From the NCBI GenBank assembly GCA_965262675.1, contig OZ253554.1:570997-634996 (forward strand): a DNA stretch of 64,000 nt, in the 5' to 3' direction. The stretch's first letter is position 1, and each line of letters opens with the position of its first letter. The translations under genes and the position numbers were made by a program. Below are positions 52,954 to 63,498 of this stretch, one piece after another. The notes beneath the pieces are model-generated. The model made no database searches. It was not told where the DNA came from and saw only the letters and a list, made by a program, of their open reading frames with translations. Source of the DNA: Terriglobia bacterium. Lineage in GTDB: Bacteria; Acidobacteriota; Terriglobia; 20CM-2-55-15.

Positions 52954-53817
52954 TTATCCGTGGGTCCACCATTCTTTGTTTAGCCGAGCGATCTGCTCAA
53001 GCATCTCGTGCTTGCTCTTGAGCATCTCAGTTGTCATTTGGAATCTGAAACCGGATCGACGTTCTTGGAAGCTAATGCCGTTAGATTCAAGCAACTCCTG
53101 CATCTCATCACGCTTCGCGCCGTATCTGAATCTCAAGAGCACATTCTTTCCAGCACCCTTTCGTATAGATAACTGGTTATATCCCGCGTGCATTCGAGAT
53201 CGGATAACGATTGCGATCTTGTTGTATCGCAGTTCAGGATCGGTGTAGACGGAACTTGTGAGCTCAAAAAGATACTGGGCAGCTTCCAGTGCCTCTTTGG
53301 ACTTTTCACGCCAGTACGTTTCGTCGTACGTTCCACTGTCGGTGGATATCTCGTCGTCCGGCTCCTCGTAAACATCCAGAATCTTGGTGAAATGAAGACT
53401 CTGTCCATGCGGACTTTCAATCACATTGACCTGAATAGCGATCAAGGGCACCGTGTCACTGAGAAGTCGGATGACGTTGAAAAAGCGTTTGGTGATGCGC
53501 TCAGCGATAAGGACGGCAAAGTGCTGTCGTTGCGGCCATTTCCGCCTGATGAGGTCCCAGTATTCTATCGTTCTCACGATATGGTCCGGATCGGTATCGC
53601 CGAGCATCGTTTCGACTTCGTACATCGTGTCGTCCAGGGGATTCTTGAGGAGAATGTCGAGGCGCCCGCCGGAACTGACAGCACCCTCCTTTATCACTCC
53701 TTCAAGTTCGCCAAGGCCGAGGCAGGATGGATTTTCCCAAATCTGATCCTGTAACCAAGATTCATCCTTGCCGACGGAACGAAGACTGACCGTTTTTGAA
53801 ACAGGGATCGAGTTCAT
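52954..53817 (-). CDS. PD-(D/E)xK-like (NucS/EndoMS-related) hypothetical protein
   Basis: ESWLQDQI, GRLDILL...YEVETMLG..DPDHIVRTIEYW and AVLIAE. Confidence 0.65.
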   Translation of the reverse strand: MNSIPVSKTVSLRSVGKDESWLQDQIWENPSCLGLGELEGVIKEGAVSSGGRLDILLKNPLDDTMYEVETMLGDTDPDHIVRTIEYWDLIRRKWPQRQHFAVLIAERITKRFFNVIRLLSDTVPLIAIQVNVIESPHGQSLHFTKILDVYEEPDDEISTDSGTYDETYWREKSKEALEAAQYLFELTSSVYTDPELRYNKIAIVIRSRMHAGYNQLSIRKGAGKNVLLRFRYGAKRDEMQELLESNGISFQERRSGFRFQMTTEMLKSKHEMLEQIARLNKEWWTHG

Positions 53818-53922
53818 AAGGCTTATTATGAACGATGAGGATGCCACGTCTGGCATCAGCTTCAGCGTCACCTCTGGCGCTGCATCGCACTTAAGTGGAA
53901 AATCGCTAACGGAGGGTGTTTT

Positions 53923-54648
53923 ATGAAGCAAGCAAACTATCGTCAGTACTTGGAAAGCCAGGATTACCAAGAAAATACCATTAAGGCGCAGATCTCCAGG
54001 GTGAAGCGTGTTGAGGAATTTCATGGCGACCTCGGCGAGCATTACGCCCAGGACCGGATGGCAAGCGTGATAGAAGAGTTGAAATATTCGGTGGATGACC
54101 AGCGGAGCAACCGGCCCAATCCAAGCAAGATGCCGATTATTGGGGATATCTATAACAACCTTGCCTCGTACCGCAATGCTGTCGTGTATTACAGAACTTT
54201 CAGGGATAAGATCGACGGCGAGTTGGAAACATCCGGACCGAAAAAGGCCGACGGCCCTGTTGAAGAGGCCCCCGGACAGCGTATGGGGTTGGAACGTGAT
54301 CTACAGATTGCGCTCAGATCTAAAATCGAGCAACTCGAGCCCGGGCTAACTGTCATCGACGACGGAGCGGAGCGTTCGGTCGACTCAGGGTTCATCGACA
54401 TCACAGCGCGGGACTCCTCGGGCACGACCGTCGTCATCGAGTTGAAGGCTGGAGTTGCTGGACAAAGAGCGGTAGCGCAGATCTTGAGCTATATGGGAGA
54501 TGTGAGCGAAGAGGACGGCGACGTGCGCGGAATCCTCGTGGCCTCCGGGTTTGACGCCAAGGCAAAGACCGCGTCCAGAATGGTGCCCTCTCTTATTCTC
54601 AGAAAGTACAACGTTCGGTTTGCATTCTCGGACCCGTGGGATGCATGA
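53923..54648 (+). CDS. Endonuclease NucS-domain protein
   Basis: LERDLQ...GFIDITARD...VVIELK...AVAQILSYMG...VRGILVA. Confidence 0.82.
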   Translation: MKQANYRQYLESQDYQENTIKAQISRVKRVEEFHGDLGEHYAQDRMASVIEELKYSVDDQRSNRPNPSKMPIIGDIYNNLASYRNAVVYYRTFRDKIDGELETSGPKKADGPVEEAPGQRMGLERDLQIALRSKIEQLEPGLTVIDDGAERSVDSGFIDITARDSSGTTVVIELKAGVAGQRAVAQILSYMGDVSEEDGDVRGILVASGFDAKAKTASRMVPSLILRKYNVRFAFSDPWDA

Positions 54649-54892
54649 CGACAGCTATCAACTCATAGGCAAGGATCAGATGGAACCTTCCATTCTGAAC
54701 CGCAGACTGCGCCCGTGGCGACCCGGGGACGCTTCTAGGGCCCAATCCCTAGTCCAGGGTGTTCTGGCTGCGTATAAACACAGTGAGTGGCTCTCGGACC
54801 CGTTCAGATGGGAGACCAGTGTCTTTCCTTTGTTCTACTTCACGAAGACCCGCGACACACCCAGCAAAGCCGTGTACGAGCGGATATTCGCG
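54641..54892 (+). pseudogene. N-terminal fragment of a hypothetical gene, cut by the element
   Basis: The ATG overlaps the upstream stop; the frame ends YERIFA, then DK* from the element. Confidence 0.5.
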
Positions 54893-55023
54893 GATAAGTA
54901 AAATAAGCGGGCTTCGCAGTAGCTTCGCAGTACAGGGACTGGCAAGACGCACGACCGGAATGTCGCCGTTGCGGTGTTATGTTGAGCCGGAGGGCGCCAG
55001 GACGGGAGAATCACGACAAAAGA
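54890..55023 (+). repeat. 281-bp junction element, right-truncated copy with 11-bp duplication (134 bp)
   Basis: Runs from GCGGATAAG to ATCACGACAAAAGA. Confidence 0.95.
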
Positions 55024-55184
55024 GACACGCCGCCGATGTGACTGTGTCTCCGTTGGCCGCTTCCCCGACTCGTCGCGAAGATGAAATTGGCTGCATTCGT
55101 CGCCGGCGCGAAGATCGTCCGCGAAGAACTCAACGGTAAGTCGTAACCTACGATTTAGCGTCCAGCTTTCGAAGGAGGCTAGAT

Positions 55185-55703
55185 ATGCGAAATAACATCT
55201 GGACCTTGTGTCTATTGGTGACCGCTATGTGTGGTCAGGCAATGGGGCAGTCTGCACCTGACGTGATCCGCCGGGCTGCGGAGGCGCTCGGAGGCGAAGA
55301 CCGGATCCTCTCGCTCCGGACGCTCAAGATCGAAGGCTATGGTCAGGCTGCCGCGCAGAACGGGGGCGCCAATGCCTCCGCTTCGGTGGATTCGCCGCAG
55401 GTGTGGACCAACATTCAGGGCTACGAAAAGACGATCGATCTGGCCAACAACCGTGTGCGTGTCCGCCAGCGCAGCCAGGCCTTCACCTCTGCCGCGACGC
55501 TCAGTCGGGGTCTGGGAAACATTGTCACGACCCAGGTACTGGATGGAGACATCGCGTACACGGTTAATGAAGACGGAGAGGCACGGCGCGGCGGAAATGC
55601 CCCCAACCTGCGCATCGAAATGCTCACCCATCCGGTCGCTCTCATCCGCAGGGCGCTCGACGCTACGACCGTCGTCAACAACCTGCGCAAGATTGAACCG
55701 TGA
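55185..55703 (+). pseudogene. N-terminal fragment homologous to the 36165-37709 MBL-fold family
   Basis: RAAEALGGEDRILSLRTLKIEGYGQ...MLTHPVALIRRALD parallels RAAEAMGGHDRL...TGFGQ...MLDHPLPAVLEALD; the catalytic domain is missing. Confidence 0.7.
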
Positions 55704-56290
55704 CTCCGCCGACGACCCGTGGGAAGGGATATCGAGTTGAATGGCGGGATTTCAGGGCATGCTTCGAAACACCGCCGCCTGTCGACCGACGTTCGATGTA
55801 TAGGATGTGTGAGAAAGCATTCGGTCTGGGCGTTCATGTCGCTGGCGAGTTGTCGCCCAGCAGGTGCCTCGTAGTGATGCGCAGCGAGAGTGAAGACGAT
55901 ACGTCTAAACCATGGCTCGAAGCCATGCGAAAGGCAGCGACTCAGTTGTCGGGCAATCGGCCGGGGTTCATTGTTGTGCAGTTCCAGGATGTGGCTACGG
56001 AGGATCTGTTGCTGCGTCATCTACGCCGCAGAGCGGGCATCCTCTCGTATGCGCTGTATGGACACTACGGGGCGGATCATGTCAACGCAACACAGGTCTG
56101 CGGGAACGGCACCGTTGTGCCGGGTACGGAGGACGCCGGAACACCGGCGTTCTCGGTACCGAATCCGAAACCGAGGTTCCCGCTCAATCCGTCGCTTGCG
56201 TTGCCGTTCTTGGGGGGGTCAGCGACGCGGAATTCGCCGACGCGCTAGGAGTTCCGCGTCCGGGCGTAGACATTTCGACCATCCCTCACT
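55700..56290 (+). pseudogene. C-terminal fragment of a hypothetical protein
   Basis: Protein-like frame (AMRKAATQLSGNRPGFIVVQF) without a clear start; probably frameshifted near the end. Confidence 0.4.
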
Positions 56291-56461
56291 GACAGGTGGA
56301 GCGAGTTCTCGGGTCCTGTAAGAAATCTTGTGTGTTGAGCCGTTCTTCATCGTCCAAACCGTCAGCACAAAGCGGTCTCCGAACTGGATCGCGAACTGTG
56401 CCTTGGCAGCATGCCAGTACCATGACCTCCCCCCACGACAACACGCGAAAGGAATTTAGCA

Positions 56462-57571
56462 ATGCCCACTAGGCGTCCAGTGATTGCTCGTCTAAGAAGT
56501 CTCGCTTCCCCTGCAGTCAAATCTGATGGGACGCTTGCCATGGCCGAAACAATGCTCGACGCTCTTGACAGCACGGCGAATGGAAAAAGGATCGCCTGCA
56601 CGATCAATCGGCACTGCCGCACTCGGATCTTTGACTTCCCGCGAGCCCGCATCACCGAGTCAGTGCCTCACGTCCCCGTCTACCAATCCGACTCGCTCCA
56701 CGCTAGCTTAGTCTGCGACTTGGACGCCTTCTTCGAACAATCATTTAGCCCGCACTACGCCCTAAGTCCACCTCTACGCCACGAAGTCGCCGAAAAGCGC
56801 AAAGAATTGGATTCCCAAGGAAACGGCATCTACGCAATTCTTGTAGTCGAGGAACTGGACAAGCTGTTGCCTTTGGTTCTCGATCGAGGGTGCTCATCGC
56901 TCGACGAGGTCGGCGATCTAAACGGCCAACGCACTCCGCTCCTGAAGGGAGGTCGCGAAAACCAGAAATTCATCGTCGCGTACGAGACCAGCGACGGCCC
57001 GTGGCCGGATATACCCCGCAACGAACAGAAGGTGAACATGATTCTCGCCATTACCCGCGCATTTCAAGACAGCGACCAGGAGATTCGCAAACATGTTGAT
57101 CAGATGTGCCTGATTACCGACGACGATCGATATGTATGTCCCATGTCCGCGGGATTCGTCTCCGCGCGTGCAGATGTCGTAAGGAATTTGGATGCCGACG
57201 AGTTTCGTGTGACAGCCGCACGACTCCGCGCAGCCGCCGCCCTCATGGATGCCGACCTGCGATCGGAGCACATCGAGTTGCTTGTCAACGCACTCTACTG
57301 GGACGACTACAAGGACGATGATTTTAGGCGCCTGCACTATTTGAATCTCTGGGAATCGCTCTGCGAGTCCAGAAAGAAACTAGGATATGCGGCACCCAAA
57401 GGTAAACCGATTGACGACCACACCATTCTTGCGGGATCCCTAAGCATCTCAGACCTCACAAGGTATCGCCACGACATCGCTCATTTTTGGACCGGGTCCA
57501 TCGATGGGAACTATTTGGCTGGAATGTACCGGACCATCAACGAACTGATCCGACGAAAGTACTTCCCATGA
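56462..57571 (+). CDS. Hypothetical protein with C-terminal HEPN-like motif
   Basis: LHYLNLWESL helix followed by R-x4-H (YRHDIAH). Confidence 0.6.
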   Translation: MPTRRPVIARLRSLASPAVKSDGTLAMAETMLDALDSTANGKRIACTINRHCRTRIFDFPRARITESVPHVPVYQSDSLHASLVCDLDAFFEQSFSPHYALSPPLRHEVAEKRKELDSQGNGIYAILVVEELDKLLPLVLDRGCSSLDEVGDLNGQRTPLLKGGRENQKFIVAYETSDGPWPDIPRNEQKVNMILAITRAFQDSDQEIRKHVDQMCLITDDDRYVCPMSAGFVSARADVVRNLDADEFRVTAARLRAAAALMDADLRSEHIELLVNALYWDDYKDDDFRRLHYLNLWESLCESRKKLGYAAPKGKPIDDHTILAGSLSISDLTRYRHDIAHFWTGSIDGNYLAGMYRTINELIRRKYFP

Positions 57572-58438
57572 CCCACTTTCGCCACCTCGCGCAATCCAGA
57601 CCAAGCCGACCCGCCGAGCGCCAAAATCCAGCTAAGCGTACGTTTCCCGACTCGCGCGTCATTGCAGTCCAGACCTCCCACTCCTAGAGTTCGGCTCATT
57701 GGTGGCAATCACCTCCTCCCTCTCCGCCACTACCTCTTTGTAAGTGTTTATTTATAAGTGTATTTTTACAATATACGTATAACTTTTCCCACGTTATTTC
57801 TCACGGTCAACCAGAGTCCAAGCGAGACCAAAGGCGACGGTTGGATACGATCTCACGGGCGCGCTGAATCTCGCACCAACCCTCGTTTCCACAGACGCGA
57901 CGATAGCTGCGGACCGCTCCACCGTCTCAAAACTCGGTGACTCCGGGAAACCCGGTACGGTTCGGCACGGGCACCGCGCGCAGGTGCGGGGCATCCTGCG
58001 CTCGCTCAAGCGGCTGCGCGGACTTCCGCGTTCGGACGGCACTCCCGGAGCCGGGGTTCGCCCCGAACCCGGTCCATTTCGTCGATATTCGTTCGCAGGT
58101 CACGGCGCACTTGCCGAAATTCTCAATCAATTTGAGCGCGATTCATGGAACAGCATCGGAGTAGACATCCGGTCTGAGCACAAGCCACTGACGATAACTT
58201 GATGACCCAGACGACTTCTCCGTGGATAGTCACGCTTCACAGACCACTCATACGCAGCAGTCGAAGCGGTCCCCCATTTTTTGGACAGTTCTGTAAGGTC
58301 AATTCTGCTCTGACCGGGAGAGGCGAGGACCATGACCGATCACGCACCAGCCGGCTGTTCGCCATCCCGGCCTGTCATCGCGGAATCGGAATCGACTCGA
58401 ACCCTGAACAGCGATTGCGCAAGAGGTAAACAGCAAGG

Positions 58439-58834
58439 ATGTCTGAATTAACTTTGGAAAAGGTTATGGCTCGTCTCGACAACGGTTGTAATCCTGTGGA
58501 ATTGGCGGGTCATGGTCGCGAGTCAACCCACAAGGGATATCTGACCTGGCTCTTGAACACGTCGCACTGGCCAGCTGCGAACCACGCGCTTATTTGTCTC
58601 GTCGAAGCTGCCGTTCCCCATTGGCCTGACCGGCATAGAGTCAGCGCACATCGCTGGACTCAACGCTGTCCTGATAACCTGTATACCCTTTACGAACAAC
58701 GGGTCGGCAACGGCAAAGTCGACCTGATCGTGAGAGCTGGCGACGGCAACGATAGAGACCTTCTTCCCATCGAGTTGAAGACAGACAGCGCGGTCGGTAG
58801 TGATCAACTGACCAGGATGTCAGTCGAAGGTGCG
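58439..58834 (+). pseudogene. PD-(D/E)xK nuclease N-terminal fragment, cut by the element
   Basis: RESTHKGYLTWLL...VDLIV...PIELKTDS...DQL, then ADK* running into the element. Confidence 0.72.
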
Positions 58835-59039
58835 GATAAGTAAAATAAGCGGGCTTCGCAGTAGCTTCGCAGTACAGGGACTGGCAAGACGCACGACCGG
58901 AATGTCGCCGTTGCGGTGTTATGTTGAGCCGGAGGGAGCCAGGACGGGAGAATCGCGACAAAAGATCGTTCCGGATACGCGAGATTCACGACCCAGGCAC
59001 ACGAATCCGGCTTCGGCCTTTTGCCGTCTTCAGAGCCAG
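58832..59039 (+). repeat. 281-bp junction element, right-truncated copy with 11-bp duplication (208 bp)
   Basis: Runs from GCGGATAAG to CTTCAGAGCCAG. Confidence 0.96.
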
Positions 59040-59818
59040 GAAACCGAATCCATTCCTGATGCCGATGCTTTGGCATGCAACTGCCGATCACCGAGCCGTC
59101 CAGGGTATTGAGCGCGGCGAACAGCGTGGTGGTTCCGTGGCGCTTGTAATCGTGGGTCATCGTGCCGCACCGCCCCTTCTTCAGAGGTAATCCGGGTTGA
59201 GTGCGGTCCAGGGCTTGCATCTGGCTCTTTTCGTCGCAGGACAGGACCAGGGCGTTCTCCGGCGAGTTCAGATACAACCCGACCACATCCTCGAGCTTTT
59301 CGGCGAATCGGGGGTCGTTGGACAGTTTGAAGGTGCGCCCCAGATGCGGCTTCAGACCATGGGCCCGCCAAATTCGCCCGACCGTGGACTCGCTGACCCC
59401 GGTGGCCTTCGCCATCGAACTCCGGCTCCAGTGCGTGGCGTTGGGCGGCTTCTCTTCAAGCGTCCTCTTCACAATCCGGGCCTGTTTCCGGCGGCTGATC
59501 GACGGCAGCCGTCCACTTCGGGGCGCGTCCTTTGCGATCCCTCCGATGCCCTGTTCCAGGAACCGATTGCGCCATCGTCCGGCTTTCTGACGCGTGATGT
59601 TCAGTCGGGCTCCAATATCCTGATTATTCAACCCATCGGCAGCCAGCAAGACGATCCGGGACCGCTCCGCCAGCCGGACCGATGTGCTCCGGCTTCGGCT
59701 CAAACCTTCCAGTTCTTTCCGCACTGCGATATCCAGTTCGATGACCCGTGCTTTTCTCATGTCTACTTAGACGTTGGAAAGATCAATAAGTTACATTACC
59801 TATGACGGACTACATTAG
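59040..59818 (-). mobile_element. IS630-family element, 3'-truncated at the junction element
   Basis: ATG at 59760; [36 protein letters not shown] and [16 protein letters not shown]; cut after HQEWIRF, before the second catalytic Asp. Confidence 0.9.
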
Positions 59819-60020
59819 AGAGGATGTTCGGTTGGTTCCTTCGGCCCGGCACAAAAAGGGCGATCGGGCGGCAGCCGCCCCCGCGCCGACACGTCCGCGA
59901 CGGCGCTGCCCGAGAGGTCGAACCCGGCAGCGTCCCGAACCCGATCGACACGCTCTCGCCGCCTCGGCGAGCGTGTCCCCGGTCGCGGCCGCCTGTCCGC
60001 GGTACGCGTTCTCCGGGCAA

Positions 60021-62966
60021 TCAGGGCACCTCGACCACCGGGACGACGGGCAGTGTGGTGAAGATCCGGTCGACCCCATCGAGTTCGAAGGCCACCGCCG
60101 AGAAGCGTCCCGGTTCGGACGTCAGGCACCGCACCGACCCCACGAAGTCCGACGTATCGGCGGTGGGGAAGATCTCGTCGATGAACCGGGAGTCCTGGCC
60201 GTTGGCGGCAAGCGGGATCATCGTTTCGTCGAGCACGATGCCGTCCCGCATCAGCCGGCACCGCACCAGAAGGGCGGTCGTGTCCCGGTTGTGGATGGCG
60301 ACGCCCGTGTTGATGCCGCCCTCCTGGCGGCGCACCGGGACCAGGGCATCCCGGACCGGGGGACTGTCGCCGACCCCGGCGACTCCGAGGGCGGGGATGT
60401 CGAAGCGCAGGACCCCGCCAATGGGACCGTCGGCCGTCACCGCGACCGATCCGACCACCTGCCCCCCGCGGCCGTGGGTCGAGATCGTCAGTTCTCCCAA
60501 CGGGTTCATCGCCGTGACAGGGCGCAGGGCGCCGTCGTCACCCACTTCAAGATCCTCGGTGATATCCACCAGCGACTCGGCGGCGATGGGATCGCCTTGT
60601 TGATCGTAGAAGTAAATGGCGGGACGGACCGGATTGGCGCCCGCGTTCACCAGCACCAGTGAGGAGACGATCTTCCCGCCATTGGCGAAATGCGTGAAGT
60701 CCAGCCGTGTGGCGTCCTGTTCCTGTTCCTGCCCCTGTTCCTCCTCTTGCTCCTGATCCTGTTCTTCCTCTTGTTCCTGCTCCCGATCCGGGACCGCCGG
60801 TACCGGCACCACCGGCAGGGTGGTGAAGATCCGGTGGACGCCATCCAGTTCGAAGGCCACCGCCGAGAAGCGCCCCGGTTCGGGCGTCATGCACCGCACC
60901 GACCCGGCGAAGTCCGAGGTGTCGGCGGCGGGGAACACTTGGTCGATGAATCGGGAGTCTTGGCCGTTGACCGCAAGCCGGATATCCGCCTCTTCGAGCA
61001 CGGCGCCGTCCCGCATCAATCGGCATTGCAGGGTCAGAGTGGCCGTTCCCCGGTTGCGGACCGCCACGCCCGTGTTGATGCCGCCATCTAGGCGGCGCAC
61101 CGGGAGCAGGGCATCCGGAACCGTCGGGCTGTCGCCGACCCCGGCGACCCCAAGGTTGGGGATGTCGAAGCGCAGCACCCCGCCGATGGAACTGGGCGCC
61201 CGGACCGAGACCGATCCGACCCGCTGTCCCCCGCGGCCGTGGGTGGCAATGGTGAGTTCGCTCAGGGGGTTCATGACTGCCCGGGGGCTCAGGGCGCCGT
61301 CGTCCAGGACCTCCAGATCCGGGGTCAGGCTCACCAGGGACCGGGCGGCGATGGGATCGCCGTCCTGATCGTAGAAGTAGATGGCGGGGCGGGCCGGGTA
61401 GGCGCCCGCGTTCACCAGCGCCAGCGTGGAGGTGATGAACCCCCCATTGGCGAAGTGGGTAAAGTCCAGGTCGGCCACGGGCGTGGCCTCGGGCGAAATG
61501 CGGTGGGAACCGGCGCCGGCCGCGCTCACCGCGCGCAGATGGAAGAAATAGACGCGGCCGTTGATCAGACCGGCAATGGTGTGGGCGCGATCGGTCGATC
61601 CGGTCGAAATCCACTCGCCCTCGCCGTCGATCCGGTACTCGTAATGCTGAATCCGAGAACTGCCCTGGCTGGACGGCGCATTCCATCGTAGCGTCACCTC
61701 CCCATCGCCGCCCTCCGCCCGCATGGTCCCGGGATAGCTGGGCGGGCGCGTGATGACCGTGGGTGTCGCCACCGCCGCCGTCGCCGCACTGGTCAGCATC
61801 TCCGGGTTGCCGAGATCGTCGGTGAAGCGCACCCGCACCCTGATCCTCTTCCCCTCGTCGTCGCCGGTCAGGGTGTAGGTCGCTGCGGTCGCACCAGGGA
61901 TGTCCATCGGGTTCGACAGGCCGTCCGCATCCACCCGCACCCACTGGTAGGAGAAGGTCGCCGGCAGCCCGTCGGCGTCGGAGATGCCCGTGGTCGAAGC
62001 CGTCAGCACCTGCCCGACCCCCGCCGTGCCGGTAATCGTGGGCGCCCCCGTCGCCGGGGTGTTCGCCCGCGTGCTGAATGCCGTCGCCCCCATGACCCAC
62101 TCGCTGGATCCGCGCGCATTGGTGACACTGACCCGTACGTCGTACGCCGTATTCGCCTGAAGACCCCCGATGGCCGCGCGCGTCACCGGCGTTTCGCCCG
62201 CGTACCAGTTGCTCCACTCGGTGGTGCCCTGCACCCGGTAGTGCAAGTAGTTGCGAACGAGCGGCGAGCCGCCGTCACCCGGGTGCGTCCACTCGATGGT
62301 GAGCGTCTTGGTGGTGGCCGACACCAGGGTCGGCCGCGTGGGATCCGGCGGTTTGGTGGGGGTGGGGGAAACCGTCAACAGCAACCCGCCGGATCTCGGC
62401 CGGCCGTTATTTACGATTGCTCCGAAGGAAATGGTCGTACCGATCGGCGTATCCGCTGTGACGGTCAATGTCGCCGTTATTGTCGTGTTGTTAAAGATCT
62501 CGGTGTAGATCGTGTGATGGCCCTGAATGTTGTTCCATATGCCCGGACCCCTCGACGGCGAAAAACTGGCGCAAAAGTATTTCCCCGCGCCGCACGACAT
62601 CGGGTTCGAACCCAGATTGGAATGCGCGACGGAAGTGGACGTAGACGGGACATGGAAACCGGCATACTCATTTCCCGGCTGAGGCCCCGCGGTGCGGGTG
62701 ATCGTGTAGGTGTACGTACCGCCCGGAACTGGCGACGTCTCGCCGTGCAGGGACCATGTTGCGCCTTCAGCGAATTGCGAGATCGTCGTCTCGGCAGCAT
62801 GGAGCAAACTTGCAAAGCCGAGCGCCAGGGCGGCCAACGCCCCGGCTGCCGCCCGCGCGCCGCGCGGCAGGGTCGCGGCGGTCCGTGGCGGCGGCGCGAC
62901 GTCCGCCCGGCAGGTCCGCGGGTCCTTGCTCCCGGCGATGGCGCCGGACTCCGACAAACGATCCAT
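60021..62966 (-). CDS. Large secreted/surface protein with fibronectin type III domains and a duplicated C-terminal domain
   Basis: Signal-like segment, two FN3 domains, a PATGAPTITGTA repeat, and two roughly 225-aa repeats (LDFTHFANG...IFTTLPVVPV) joined by an EQ-rich linker. Confidence 0.85.
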   Translation of the reverse strand: MDRLSESGAIAGSKDPRTCRADVAPPPRTAATLPRGARAAAGALAALALGFASLLHAAETTISQFAEGATWSLHGETSPVPGGTYTYTITRTAGPQPGNEYAGFHVPSTSTSVAHSNLGSNPMSCGAGKYFCASFSPSRGPGIWNNIQGHHTIYTEIFNNTTITATLTVTADTPIGTTISFGAIVNNGRPRSGGLLLTVSPTPTKPPDPTRPTLVSATTKTLTIEWTHPGDGGSPLVRNYLHYRVQGTTEWSNWYAGETPVTRAAIGGLQANTAYDVRVSVTNARGSSEWVMGATAFSTRANTPATGAPTITGTAGVGQVLTASTTGISDADGLPATFSYQWVRVDADGLSNPMDIPGATAATYTLTGDDEGKRIRVRVRFTDDLGNPEMLTSAATAAVATPTVITRPPSYPGTMRAEGGDGEVTLRWNAPSSQGSSRIQHYEYRIDGEGEWISTGSTDRAHTIAGLINGRVYFFHLRAVSAAGAGSHRISPEATPVADLDFTHFANGGFITSTLALVNAGAYPARPAIYFYDQDGDPIAARSLVSLTPDLEVLDDGALSPRAVMNPLSELTIATHGRGGQRVGSVSVRAPSSIGGVLRFDIPNLGVAGVGDSPTVPDALLPVRRLDGGINTGVAVRNRGTATLTLQCRLMRDGAVLEEADIRLAVNGQDSRFIDQVFPAADTSDFAGSVRCMTPEPGRFSAVAFELDGVHRIFTTLPVVPVPAVPDREQEQEEEQDQEQEEEQGQEQEQDATRLDFTHFANGGKIVSSLVLVNAGANPVRPAIYFYDQQGDPIAAESLVDITEDLEVGDDGALRPVTAMNPLGELTISTHGRGGQVVGSVAVTADGPIGGVLRFDIPALGVAGVGDSPPVRDALVPVRRQEGGINTGVAIHNRDTTALLVRCRLMRDGIVLDETMIPLAANGQDSRFIDEIFPTADTSDFVGSVRCLTSEPGRFSAVAFELDGVDRIFTTLPVVPVVEVP

Positions 62967-63271
62967 TTCGGTTTTCCCTTTCCCTGTCTTCCCTGCATGC
63001 TCCGGGACGCTCCGCACGGTCCCGGTCGCGGAGGCCCCCGCACTGCCTGCCCGGCTTCCCGGGAGGCCCACATACAATTCCCCCAATAATTCTAGACAAC
63101 ATTGTGTGATAATAGTGTCCTTTTTTTGGTGTTTTTGGCGAATATTAAGCGAATTCAATGTGAAATCACGGAAACGGATCGAATCACCCCCGTCCGAGGC
63201 GGTGGGTAGAGGGAGGAGGGATGACTGATCAAGACCGGATGGAGGCCGACAACGCGGCGCTGCGCGCCCGC

Positions 63272-63498
63272 TGTTGTTTTGCACCCAAAACTGATCCACT
63301 TAAATCGGGTATTTGCATCGAAAGTTGACCCACGTGTAAACCCATTCCTGCCGATTAACCGAGCAGGAGGGCAAAGGAGTGATAGACGTGGCGATATTGA
63401 GTGTGATCAGACGCTGGCATGTACGAGAGGGCATATCGATTCGAGAGATCAGCAGGCGGACGAAGCTGTCGCGCAATACGATCCGCAAACACTTGGCG
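63272..63498 (+). mobile_element. IS21-family left end and istA 5' fragment, cut by the element
   Basis: TGTTGTTTTGCACCCAAAACTGATCCAC...AAAGTTGACCCAC end repeats; VIDVAILSVIRRWHVREGISIREISRRTKLSRNTIRKHLA. Confidence 0.85.

Noticed and set aside
57735-57790. AT-rich tract resembling an IHF site or element end
   Set aside because: No partner repeat or adjacent recombinase; not enough support to call.
877-63228. Long antisense or alternate-frame ORFs (e.g. 877-1641, 8103-9506, 25771-27642, 31162-32619, 36195-37691, 48938-50494, 60547-62217)
   Set aside because: They shadow well-supported genes in GC-rich DNA and have no recognisable motifs.
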